This document shows, one piece after another, positions 1 through 12,900 of a stretch of DNA of 64,000 bases (positions within the stretch are counted from its first letter, which is position 1; every line of letters begins with the position of its first letter). The stretch is from Ptychomitrium polyphyllum (lineage: Eukaryota), in contig OZ316776.1 of NCBI GenBank assembly GCA_973851085.1, positions 1,798,001 through 1,862,000 on the forward strand, in the 5' to 3' direction. The notes below the pieces were generated by a model. It made no database searches and was not told where the DNA came from. It saw only the letters and a program-made list of their open reading frames with translations. A program made the position numbers and the translations under genes.

Positions 1-2275
1 AACACCAACACTGATATGTGGGCAGTTCTTGGTCACAATCTTGAAGCTATTATGCGTAATCTAGTGTAGAGTACACGACAATACCAAATTGAGTCACTTC
101 TTGTTGCGCTATGGAAAGAAAGTGGTTCAAATCAGGATGTACTCAACACTGCAACGCCTGATAGTGCTCTCCAAATCTAAAAGGCATGCTTCTTCAGACA
201 AATTGCTGTTGAGGATGAAACAGGCCACCAAAAGCTTCTGATAAGAACCACAGGCAAATTCTTTGGCACATGGAGACGCACAAAAGACCATTCTCCAACA
301 GCACATGTTACGAAGCATGGTAGAGGTCGGCGGATGGCCATCAGAGTGTGCTGGAGACGCTCGGAGGGTGGAAATTTCATGAGCGTGGAGCAAAGCAAAT
401 ATAATCCATCCGTCCTATGCTCATCTCCAACGCCTAATCCAAATTCTGTTGTAATGTCTGCTCCTACCTTTTCTACAAAGTAAGTTTTGCTTTTATATAA
501 ATTCACAACCAGAACATGTCTTCTAGTTCAGTTGGAAATGATTTACGTAGGAGTGAGAAGATAAACAAAGTTAAGGTTGGTCACATAGCTGCTAACATTC
601 ATTATAAACATCAATAAAGTAACAGCTAGTCACATGCCACTCCATGTCTTATGTTCACTATCAATTAGCCAATAACAAACGCTTGTAATCCTGTTTGGTA
701 TGCACCTTGAGATCCTCGTTACCTCCACAATTAATGGTTTCCAGAGGCTGTTGATGATTCTTCATGAGATAGCGTGATGTGAACAAAGTGAATCTTGGCA
801 CAAATACCTGTAAGTGATGTTGTGAGTTCATTATCATCAAGGAACATGGAGCTCGTTTTTGTAGCAATGGCATTTGGATTGCCTTCCCTTGAAGAACAAA
901 AGTTGTTGCCAACACTGCCTCGAAGCACACATAGTGCATTTCCAAGATCAATCCAAGAATCATTCAATGGATTACCGATAAAAAGATAAGTAAAACAACA
1001 TTTTGATGTGTCAAAGTAGGATGAAGATTTGACAAAATTAATTATTTTTAAATCAAATATCATAACTGAACCCCCTAGATATTGCAATTTGGGATAGTAT
1101 CCATAAATTTGTAAGATTGTAAAATCTAATAATTTGAATGTTTACTCTAACAAGATCATAGTCCTTCCAAATGTCACATATTAATCTTTGAATTATTTTA
1201 AGCAATGCAAGCATGGAAGAACTTGGCATGCCTATCTTTTGCAAGCAACAAAAATTCTATAGTTGGAACTTAAAGCATTGTATCTCAATCTAAAATACTA
1301 CAAGTTTTCAAAATTGCCATTTACAATGCCATATTACATTGCATCTTTTAACGGTCCTGCTTACACCATAGAACATCATACCAGCAACAATGACAATTAA
1401 TAACAACAAAGAAGGACTAGAGCCGATCATCATTCATGTGAAGTAGTTGAAATTTAGTACAACAAAGAAGAAAAGTATAAAAATGTACTTTTAGAAGTGT
1501 TGCAATCAAAAACAATGTCTTTAAGCTAAGTGCATGATTCAATGAAGAAGCAAAGTAAAGCCGGATCCTTTTGTCTTGCTCCCCTTAATAAACATCTTTA
1601 ATTATCAATTGCTTGTTTTTTATAGTATAGTTGTAAACAACATTGTCACTCAAGAATTTCACATCTGAATTTAATAGCACTTTGCTCTTCTAAAATTAAA
1701 ACCCCAAACTCCAAAACCAACCAAATATACATTTAGTCTTAGTTTTATACTACAAACTAAATTTCAACTATACCAACCGAACTTTAGCCATGATACTACA
1801 AAACTTGCTATAATCATCACCACATTCTTTTTGTAAAGAATACAATGCCTCCTTGACGTGACCGTCACCTTTGCTAAAAGTATTTATGCAAGGCCTAGAT
1901 CTGAAATTTTACATAGCAAAGTTGACAAACATGGCAGTGAGACAGGGGCATAACACCAAAAAGAAAAAGAAAAAAAAGGCAGTTTCAACCCAGTTGGCCA
2001 AGTTGGAAAGGAATTGAATCCTATTCGAGTCCACCGAAAGTCCAAACGTCCAAACAGCCCAAACAGCCCAGACGGCCCCCACAGTCTTGACTAGCGACCC
2101 GCAGTGGACTAAAAAGAAAACGGTAGCCCAAGAAGCAAAAGCGCAACGCTCCAGAATCCAGGCGTGCCTGCGCAGAGGACTCCTCTCACAGGAGCCGACC
2201 CCTGTTCCTCACCCTCCCCCCCACAGGCTCCGACCATCGAGGATCCCCAGCACCATCCCTTCACCATCCCTCCAA

Positions 2276-2720
2276 CCCAACCCAACCCATACCCATACCC
2301 ATACCCATTCCCAAACCCCAAATCCATACCCATATCCAGACCCGTACCCGAACCCGAACCCATACCATGCCCGAACCCACACCCATACCCGAACCCACAC
2401 CCATCCCAAGCCAGAGCCGAGCCGGGCCGAGCGCAGCCGGGTCGAGGTGAGCGAAGGCAAAGCGAAGGCAAAGCCGAGGTGGGGGTGGAAGGCAGCGGAG
2501 GCAGGCAAAGGTAAGGAGTGGGAGTGGGAGTGGGAGTGGGAGTGGGAGTGGGAGTGGGCGTGGGCGTGGGGGTGGGAGTGGGAGCGGGAGCGGGAGTGGT
2601 GCGACCAGAGGGCAGAGCAGATGATGCCCAGCATTTGTATTCTATTCCGCCCGTGCTCATGCTCGTGCTCGTGCTCGTGCTCGTGCTCTTGCCCTTGCCC
2701 TTGCCCTTTCTCTTGCTCTT
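2276..2720. repeat. Cluster of hexamer-period microsatellites upstream of the ASHH2-like gene: (CCCATA/CCCGAA)n, then (GGGAGT/GGGCGT)n, then (GCTCGT)n and (TTGCCC)n
   Basis: Seen directly: C-rich hexamers ~2276-2408, G-rich hexamers ~2516-2598, GCTCGT/TTGCCC arrays ~2654-2707. They account for the dipeptide-repeat ORFs in the track. Confidence 0.9.
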
Positions 2721-3908
2721 GCTCTGGCTGTCGCTGCCTCTCGGCTATGGCCGCGCCCCCGCTCTCGCTCTCTTCCGCTATGTAGATCCTCGCTCCCTCG
2801 CCCCCTGCTTGGCCGTGGTCTACCGGAGCCGAATCTTGGAACAGTGGTGATATACTTCAGGGACGCGTTTTAGGGTCTAGGGTTGGGATTTGCGGGTGGC
2901 TATGGAGGACGCGGGGAGATTACGGGGGTAGCAAGGGCGGCGCCGGTGGAGGTGATCGAATGTTGATGCGAGGGCCATTAGCGGGAGTCGATGAGGTTTG
3001 ACGACACCTTGTGGAGTTCATGTGTCCATTTGGTGATGAGGGGGAGGAAGGTTCTTCCGGGAGAACGCGGGTGGTGTTGCTGCATGTGAGCGTGACGGTT
3101 GCGGACGTGTGGGCGGTGTTTGAGTTTTGTCGGTGGATTTCAGTGCTGATTTTCTAGTGGACAATTTGGTTGAGAAGATTTTGTGGTGTGTTGATGATTT
3201 GTAGTTGTGTTTAGGAATTTTGTAGAGAGAGAAAGAGAACGAGAGTGGTGATAGATAGTGAGAGAGAGAGAGAGATTGAGATTGAGATTGGTGAGGACCG
3301 AGCATCAACTTGTTCGGTCGTTGCGTGTACTTTTGGTTTGGTTCATTGATGGTTTTGTGGTGAAGTGGGGGAGTGGGAGGAGGAGGATTTTGGTTTTGCC
3401 AATTTGCGAAACCCTAGGTAGTGTTTATCTTTGCATTTAGGTCGCAAGAGGGTGCGAGATTGTGCATTGTCGTTGTATTGCTGGGAAGGAGGATTGTAAC
3501 GCGGGCGTTACATGTGGAGGATTCTTTGAGCCAATGCGAGGAATTGGGCAGCGTTGTTGTATTTAGGGTGACGTTTGGGCGGAGTGAAAAGGGTGCGTGT
3601 TCTTGGGGGCGCGTTGGATTCGGACAATAGGGTTTTGATTGCAGCGAGGAACTAGTGTTATGAGGTCTTAATTTCTTCGTGTGATGAGTAGAGTTCAATA
3701 ATTGTAGTTTGTGCGTAGCAGGTATGTATTGAATCAGCGATGAAGAGGAGCAGGCGGTGTTGAGTTGGCACGAGTTATGGACTCTTGGCTGTAGCTTTGA
3801 AGTTTGATGGAGAGCTCGCCTTCCACTTGCAGTCTGAGAAGAAGAACACAGAGATTGAGTGGAAGGCGACATCAGATAGGAAGGTGTTGGCGGAAATTCT
3901 AGACAGAG

Positions 3909-6900
3909 ATGGCTCCTACTGTACATTATGCGGATCCTGACGGAAGTGGAGCTCTGGAAGTAGAGAATGAGCGCGAAGGGTTTGTGCCGAACGCGGTGGC
4001 GACAGTGAGCACGCAACAGGCGGAATCCAAGTTGATCATGGAAATTTGCGTTCAAGCAACGGCGTCAGAGAGCGTTTCTTTAAAGGACGGAAGGCGACGG
4101 AGCTCGCGTCTCAGAGGCAAGGTTCCTTTAAAAGACATGGGAACTGGTGATGAGAGCCCTCCTTTTACGAAGGAAGCATCAGGTAGCTGGAAAAAGGGCA
4201 GGCGAAAGAAGGGTATGGGCCTTGAGAGCATGCAAAGCATTGGGAATTTGGTTGAGGAACTGCGGAACGATGTGAACGTTGTAGCTTCTCCGCAGGGATC
4301 GGCCAAAACATCCGAGGAAGCAGAAGCTGGTCTAGCGGGCGACGGAGCTTCAGTAGTCTGTGCGTCGACTTCTACGGAACTAACTTTGCAACATGAGATT
4401 CATGACGAGAAAGCGGCGAAAGTTAAGAGACCAAATGATCTTGGCTTCTTAGACGATTCCCTTAGCGAGGATGGAGATGGCACTGTTACTGCGATACCAA
4501 TCGTGGAAGCGAGGGGTGATTTTTGTGACAGTAACATATTTGGAGATCTTCAGAGTATTGTGATCCTTCATCCAGAAGAGAATGGGATTCTTAGTGAAGT
4601 TCCGAATTTTTCTAAAGGTGGAAAGGGGGAGAAGATAGAAATACAAGTGGGAGATTTGTCAGAAACAATCGTGAAGAAGGAAGGCAGTATGAACGAAGAT
4701 ACTGGACTTATAAATTATTCTTCTAGAGATATAGAACCTGAGGTTACATCTCCTGCTGCTGGTGAGTTTACAACTCTAATAAAGCAAGTTGTCCAAGCAA
4801 GTCGTAAAACCGCTCTTAGATTCTCTAAGGAAAGCGAGATACTACCTGTAGTCTCTAGAGGTCCGACTGGAAGTGAGATGCAACCTGTAGTTTCTGAAAA
4901 TCTCACAGTAAGCGAGACACAGTCTGTAGTCTTTGAAGATCTCACAGCAAGCGCGACACAACACGTAGTCTCTGAGAATCTCACAGCAAGCGAGACACAA
5001 CCTGTAGTCTCTGAAGATCTTATAGCAAGTGAGACACAGTATGTAGTCTCTAATGATCTGATAGGAAGCATGGCAGAACTTGTAGTCTCTAAGGATCTGA
5101 CAGGAAGTGAGGCAGAACCTGTAGTTTCTGATGATCTGATAGGAAGCGTAGCAGAACTTGTAGTCTCTAAGGATCTAACAGGAAGTGAGGCAGAACCTGT
5201 AGTTTCTGATGATCTGATAGGAAGCGTAGGAGAACTTGTAGTCTCTAAGGATCTAACAGGAAGTGAGGCAGAACCTGTAGTTTCTGATGATCTGATAGGA
5301 AGCGTGGCAGAACTTGTAGTCTCTAAGGATCTAACAGGAAGTGAGGCAGAACCTTTAGTCTCTGATGATCTGATAGGAAGTGTTGCAGAACCTCTAGTTT
5401 CTAATGATTTAACAGGAAGCAAGGCAGAATCTGTAATTTCTAAAAATCTGACAGGAAGCGAGACAGAACCTGTAGTGTCAGACCTCCAAGAGGAGGATGC
5501 TTCGAGAGGGAGTACCTCAAAGGTAGGGGATTTTGATACACAAGGTTTAGTGAATGGGAATGATGGCAAACAAAAGGAATATTCAAGTGTTTCGGAGGGT
5601 CGGGCGACTTTGAAAATGTCTTCAGAAACTTCCTGCCCTCGATCAGGTAAATCATTTTGCAACTTAGTCGTGTGTGCTCATTGTGGTCGTGTCCTATGGA
5701 TAGTCGGAATCTAATTCTCCGAAGGTCCTTTGCAGTTTGAATGGGACAGCAGCTGTAATTTTTAATAGTTTCAAGTGAAAGCTGAATTTGTAGGGAAGAA
5801 TTTCACGAGTCTAACTATGCGTGTCAATTTTTTCCTTTTAAATAATGATGACCAAGTTGACGAAGGTAAAGGTGTGTAGGTTATCTTGGTGTTAGACTAT
5901 TCTCATGATACTTCCATCACTTTCATACGAAAATTAAACTATGGTATTAATTTTGTTAGAGTAGAAAAATTACTTCTCTGATTTAGTTGCGACTTTATGG
6001 ACACTTAAGATGCCGTATTCTCCATTTGGTAGCTGTGTAACGTTCACAAGGGCTAAGGCTTTGGTTTTTTGTATCTTATCAGATGGAGAAGGTATCGTAC
6101 AGCTTGGCAAAAAGTCTGACTCACTTAAATCAGTCAATCAAGTGATAGGTGTAAATGATGGTGATCTAGCAGGCATCATGAAAGTTTTAAGCAGTGTTGG
6201 TAAGTTAAACGTACGTTCTTGGCCAATTTAAGTTCTTTAGATGAATGTTTAAGAACATGTTTTGAGTGGATCTCTTACCAATGGATTGACTTATTTTCTC
6301 AGAGCGTACACGAAGTCACTCAAGGCACACTGTAAACACTGCTGGCGCTGAAGACGATTCAAGTGGTGTTACAGAGGGTGATGACAATACCAGCAGTGAG
6401 AAAGTGGATGAGAGCGTTAGCATCAACTCAAAAGCTGGGTGGGTCAAGTGTGACGACTGTAACAAATGGCGTAGCATTCCAGTGGAACTTGCTGAGAAGA
6501 TAGGGGACACAAATGCCTACTGGTGAATTTCAGGCTTCCAATCTCTTTAACTTTCTAACGATCAGGCATTTGTTAAAAATGTTTATTTTGTTGCGTGTGG
6601 GTGATTTATAGTAGATCTGGTTGAATATTTTAATCTCGAAGTGTGTTCTATGCATATTGAGAATAACAATTTGGTTCAGTGCTACAAATGAAGAAGGTTA
6701 TTGATTCCTGAGCATGAGGTTACTATTTCTTAACACCGACATTCTACTAAGTCATTTTGGAACAATTAATAATCAAGCTAAACGGTTTTTCCAGGTCATG
6801 TAAGCAGAATCCCAATAAGAGTTTTGCAGACTGCTCTATCCCTCAAGTGAAAAGCAATGAAGAAATAAATAAAGATCTTGGAATTTCTGAAAGTTCTTCC

Positions 6901-9900
6901 TGTGATGAAGAAGATGCTGACGCTACCTGTGATTCCAAACCCACCTACAGTGGTAGACAAGGTCTGACGATGACTTCAGTTTTCTTGTCATTGTCATTGT
7001 TTAATAGTGCGATGCCCTGCTGAGCTGTAATAAACGGCTGACTGTAAATTTTCAATTCAGTTATTGAATTTGTTATAATCGCATAGTTTTATATGGATTT
7101 TGTACGGTAAAATTAATTGACTTGTGTAGTTGTGACAGTGAATGGTCAAGCCTTTTGGAAGGAAATAAAGCGAAATATTTTCAAGCATCGCAAACAAAAA
7201 CATCAAGATGCTGATGAGGTGAGTCTAACGACGTTGACATTTGTAAAGACTGCTGTATTACCAGTGAAAGAATGGGTGCACTTTTAGGATTGAGAATTGC
7301 TGTATTGTGGTTATTTACATCTTTATTTCCTCCCAACAGGCAATGGTGTGTCAGTGTGCACCTCCTAAACCCGGCGAAGTAGGTTGCGGTGATGACTGCC
7401 TAAATCGAATGCTCAATGTCGAGTGCTTGCCACAACAATGTCCTTGTGGATCACTGTGCACAAATCAGCAGGTGAATATAGGAGATTTAAATAATTCTGC
7501 ATCATGATTGTGACATTCTAATGGTTTTTGTGCTTATGAAATATGAGGTATATATGTTTTCTGTAGGAAGAAAACTGTTGGTTTGTTGACTTTGACTTGT
7601 AATGTTATGCAGTTCCAAAAGCGGGAATATGCCAAAGTGGAACTATTTAGATGTGGCAAAAAAGGTCATGGGCTTCAAGCTAAGGAGCGAATATCAAGGG
7701 GCTCATTTGTCATAGAGTATGTTGGGGAGGTATGTCCTTTCTTGAGTCGAGCAGGTCTGGTTTCTGTGTTTTTTCTGCATTGTGCGCTACAGGATTGTGG
7801 AGGCAATGTGAACGTTTTTGTTGATACATGTGCAAACAGTTTAACCAAATGAGTTTGTGTTACGTTCGGGATTTTTATAAATTCTATCTAGGCTTATGCA
7901 GTTCATTTGTGTCTCATTATATGCGATGTTGTGTCGTTCTTGTCAATTTCAGTTGAAGTATTGGAACTCGTTGGATGGGTTCAACTACACCTATTGATAT
8001 ACTTCTGTTTTCAGGTGCTGGATATGCCATCATTTGAAGCACGACAGAAAGAATATTCTATGAATTCTCAAAAACATTTCTATTTCATGACTTTAAGCGC
8101 CAATGAGGTAACACTGTGTCCTGCTTTGGCAACGATCTCTTTAAAAAAGACAGATTGAAGCAGTAAAGCTAGACTGTTAGTTAACAATCTTATTATCAAG
8201 GCTGCTTGCGTGGTTTTCTGCCCTCTTTCATCCTTTTAGTTGTTATGAAGTCCAGCATATAATTTAATTGCTGAATTAGGAGAGTTGTTGAAACTTACAT
8301 GAAATTTTGACAACTGAAGATGAAGTTGACCTTCTTAGATTTGAAATGAGACTTATTAGGGAATGGGTGGGAACTGGTTCTCTAGGTGATTGACGCCTGC
8401 AGCAAAGGCAACTATGGACGTTTTATAAATCATAGTTGCGATCCCAACTGTCAGACAGAGAAGGTAATTTAGTCAACATTTTTACTATTGGTGATGTCAC
8501 AGTGCTGTCCTACGGGGCTGAAAGGTGCTGTCTGTATTATTTGTGCTCTTGTCTCCTTTCCCAGGAAATTCTGCATTGGCAAGCCTAAGATTGGCAGGTT
8601 TTTGTACTGATATTGCATGATTCTTACGCTGTACTTTTGTACAACTATTTTTTATTGTTGTTTGGTCTCTTTATTTTTTCTGCTCTAACTGAATAGACAA
8701 GCGTTTGTTGTAAAAGCATATTTTTGTTACTGAACTGATTGAGCAGTATGAATCACTAAGTTTCATAGTGGCAGAGGTGTTTATAGTGAGTTGGTATAGG
8801 TGAATGAGGGCAAGGATCTCTTATAGCAGAATGGTTTTTCTCATATGAGGTGTTATTGATTGTAGTGGATGGTAGATGGAGAAGTCTGCATTGGGCTTTT
8901 TGCTATCCGTGACGTGGAAAAGGTATTTCTTGCACTCTCTATTGTAAAGTATTTGCGTTCTTTCAACGTATTGATGATGAAGTGAATGATATTCTTGATT
9001 GTTGATGATTTGTATTGGAGCATACTAATGACTTTAACTATGAAGACCTGAAGACAAGGTCATTTTTTGTAGCATCTAGTAAGGTTGGTTTTTAGCAATT
9101 AACTCACCATTTGCATGTCATGACCATCAGGGAGAGGAGGTCACTTTTGATTATAATTTTGTACGTGTTGGTGGCGCTGATGCCAAGAAGTGTGAGTGTG
9201 GTGCGACAAAATGTCGAGGTTTCATTGGAGTTGACCCAGATACTCCACAAAACGTTCTGGAAATTGACAGTGATGATGGGGAGGACCCAGAGCCCATCAT
9301 GTTACAGGCAGATAGCGATGATGAATCTGATGATTACTTTGACAAAGCAAAAGGGGTGGCAAAGAAAGCTAGAGTCATATCAGGCAGTGAAAGCATCTAC
9401 GAGAATAACTCGAAGCTTGGTTTTAAACGTAAGTTCTATTCAGGTGGGGCAAAGGATGTGAAAAACCCGAAGAGATCAAGACGAGTGAAAACAGCGGCTA
9501 CCTCAAAATTAAGCAGCCACAGACCAGTACCACCGAGACTGTTTTCTGGTTCTCGTTTTGGCGTCCGGAATAGTTACTACAGCGATGGTAGGATACTGAC
9601 CAGTTTATCCATTTGTTGTATTTTAATGTCTTGCTTTTTATAATGATGACTTCTGTTTGTGTAATAGCCAAAGGTGTGATTGCCATCATCACTTTGGAAA
9701 AATTTATTCTTTGCTGCTAGTTCTGTAGCATAGCATGTGTTACACATGAACAACTGCCAACATGTGTTTCAGTTTCTTGTGTTCAGTTATTGCATTGACG
9801 TAGATTGATATTTGTGTATTTGTTAATTTCGCACTCCTGCAAGCATGTTGACTGGGAGGAACTAAACTCGATTCAATGGCATTCACTATTGTTATTTAAT

Positions 9901-12900
9901 ATTCTACTATTGTTTTGCAGTTGAATCGAAACTAGGAGAACTTACAAACGAGAGTGGAGGACTTAGAAAACAAAGGGTTAGTTAGTGATGCCCCTACATC
10001 AATTCTTAGTACTAGCTCATGTGTTAAAGATTTGTGAGGATTGAAATGAATATACCCCCAAATGTTTCTTCAAGGACACGTACTGACCTCTGATATGGCG
10101 GTTACCTTTGGTGGCAGGATACTGCAAAACAGTATTTAAAGCTTTTGGTGCTTACAGCAGCTTCTGGTGGCAATGTCAATGGAGCTGCTGCCTGCAGGTT
10201 TGTGGTTTACTTTCCATACCCTGTATTTATCATTGAATTTGTTGATGCTTTAATGGGTAACAATGAGCGGGAACTGTTTTAAGAGTCGGTGGATGCTGGG
10301 CAGTGCTCGAGACCTGTCGATGCTTTTGGAGGCGCTTCTCAAAACTCAGAAGTCGCTTTTGCTGAAGGATATTATGAACAAGAACGGTATGTGACCTTAA
10401 ACTTGGCTCCTTATCAATTATGCAAGTCTATCTTATGGACGCATCACTCTTAATAGATCTATACATTGGTTATTTCTCTCCGAGTTCAGATGGTTTTAAA
10501 AAGGTAACGCATATCTCGTTTAGGGCTGAAGTAGCATATTCTACCTATGAATTGGTTTAATTTCTGATAGCGAATTGTGCGATGGAGGTGCAGGTTTACA
10601 AATGTTCCACAACTTGATCAAACAGTTTCGGAAGTCTTTTGAAAAGAGACCAATTCTTCGCAAGCTGTTAAAGGTTTTCAACTGACGCTAACCTGCTAAT
10701 GTGGACGTTGTTTTGTACAAAGTCTTCTTCATGGATGTGTAACCAGATATAATTATCAAACTGATGCATGTTTGGATATCCAAATATAATCAGCACCCTT
10801 CGAACAAATTATGTAGAATTGGTTAACGATGTTCTTGATTCGATTGCAGCAACGTGAATAGCGGTTCAAGTATTGGCAATAACAGTGATATTGTGATCTT
10901 ATTGAATAGTGATTTCTTGGTACTGAAATATTTCAGTTTCCATCAACAGGTCTTGGATCATCTAGCAAAAAAACGAGTTTTAACTGTGGAGCTTATTTAC
11001 AGTTCCCCACGGTCTGGCACAGAATGGTAAATTATCCTATCATTTATTTGTTGGATTGGTTGTATTTGGCTTCACTTTGTGTTTCCATGCAATCATTGGC
11101 TGATGTCAACATCAAGAAATTATCTGTGTTTTTAACCTGATGGTTTGGTGACCATGTCTTCATTGCGTAATTAGGAATTGACCGTTACGTTATTTATATG
11201 TGCAGCTTTACCGATACACTCTTTGACCTTTCCAGGCATGATGACATGGAGGTATTTTATTGTCCAACTGATTTATCGTTCTGCCTAAATTTTCTTTCTT
11301 TCTCTATTCGGATCTAGTATATATATTTCTGCATGCATCTATATGCTGATGTGTTATACGAGTGCCTAACATTACACATGTTCTCTGTTCGATATTTGGA
11401 AATATTTTGATCCTCCATTTTATCGCTGCAGGTACAGAATATGGCCCGTAATTTTAGGAAAAACCATGTTCCACCACGACCTCCTAAGCCAATTATGAAC
11501 ACTGAACGACCTCTAGTGAAGTCTCCTTCGCAACAGACATCGCTTACTCTCCTCTCACCTTCAGTTGCTGTGTCTCCTCAAGTAGGTTCAGCAGCTATGA
11601 ATGCATATGAGCAGGCTGCCGCCGTGCAGGAGGGTCTAGTTGAGGGGAATTCAGCAGACCCGCACACAATTAGCAGACGAAAAAGGCCAAGCCGATGGGA
11701 TACTGTTACAGAGACTGGAACGGCTATAGCTCTGAGCGCATCTTCTGAGATGCCACTTTCAACAGCAGCATCAGTGCACGGTGGTGCATCAGAGCAAGCC
11801 AGTTCTAGCAGCACTTCCAGAAGTCATCTTCCAATAGCTTCAGGTTCGTTACAAGTCTCTGCGCCGGTTCGCTCTGATGTCTCAGGAAGACCTTCAATTC
11901 CTCCGTCAGCAACAGGAGTATCAGGACGGCCTTCAGTACCCCTTCCACCTGTTCGATCACACCAAGTATATCCTCCCGGCTTGCAACCCCAAGTGTACCC
12001 ATCCGGTTTGCCACACCAAGTGTATCCGCCTGGCTTGCCACCCCAAATATATCCACCTGGCCACATGCCTGTTGGGTTACCAGGTCAAAGGCAAGGTGTC
12101 ACTCTGGGGCCTATGCACTTGGGTATGCCGACGGTACCCATGGGCAGTGAGTTGCCACCAATGTCACAGAGGTCATATCCTGGAGGCAAGGTGCACCCTA
12201 TGCAAGGAGTTTCGTCACAACTACCTACAGTTGGTGTGCACTCTTTCGCAATCAATCGAGGACCCTCAAACCAGATTGCTCCATCCATGCATAGTGTACC
12301 CTATTTGATGCACACTATGGGCGCTCCCGTATATGCTGGACCTCCTTTTCCACCTCCACCGCCACCTCTACCGCCCTCAGGACGACCTGCTTGGGCACAT
12401 AATGGCCAACGACAATTGGATGGCTTTCGTGCTCATGCTTCTGAAGTACCTGAAGTTTCTGAATCCAGTAAAGGTCAAGTGAAGCGGGGACATTCTCCTT
12501 CGCAAGGCTCCAGTATGAAAACTGCAAGTAATGAGCCAGGAGAATCTGAGGTGGCGAGAGAACCCTCCGTACCTGGAGTGTCACCTCCAAGACCCGAAAA
12601 AGAAAGAACTGCTAGTGTGGTTTCTGCATTAACACAAGGTCTTGGCAGACCTACTCATGAAGTTGGTAGTACGAGGACGGAAGCTTCTTCGTATGTTCAC
12701 AAAGGTGAACATGGGACAAGGACACATGGACATGATTCAAATTTGGTGAACCGTTCTCGTACTGTGATAGAAACTAGAGAGCCAATTCAACACGGTTACT
12801 CTCGTCCAGACAACCGTGAAGGCACGCTAGGTAGAGGGGAGAGAGAGATGAGCTGGGATACCCCTGAGTGTTCAAGCTTTCACCATCACGTAAGTTCCAG

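Noticed and set aside
1..1260. Short ORFs on both strands in moderately GC sequence at the window start
   Set aside because: No recognisable motif or consistent exon chain; may be UTR or a decayed fragment.
2087..2850. Overlapping 110-232 aa ORFs in several frames (WEWEWE, PTPTPT, HSHSHS, GVGVGV)
   Set aside because: Explained by stop-free hexamer microsatellites; no sign of real coding function.
4715..5662. 315-aa antisense ORF inside ASHH2 exon 1
   Set aside because: Shadow of the 39-bp coding repeat, which lacks stops in that frame.
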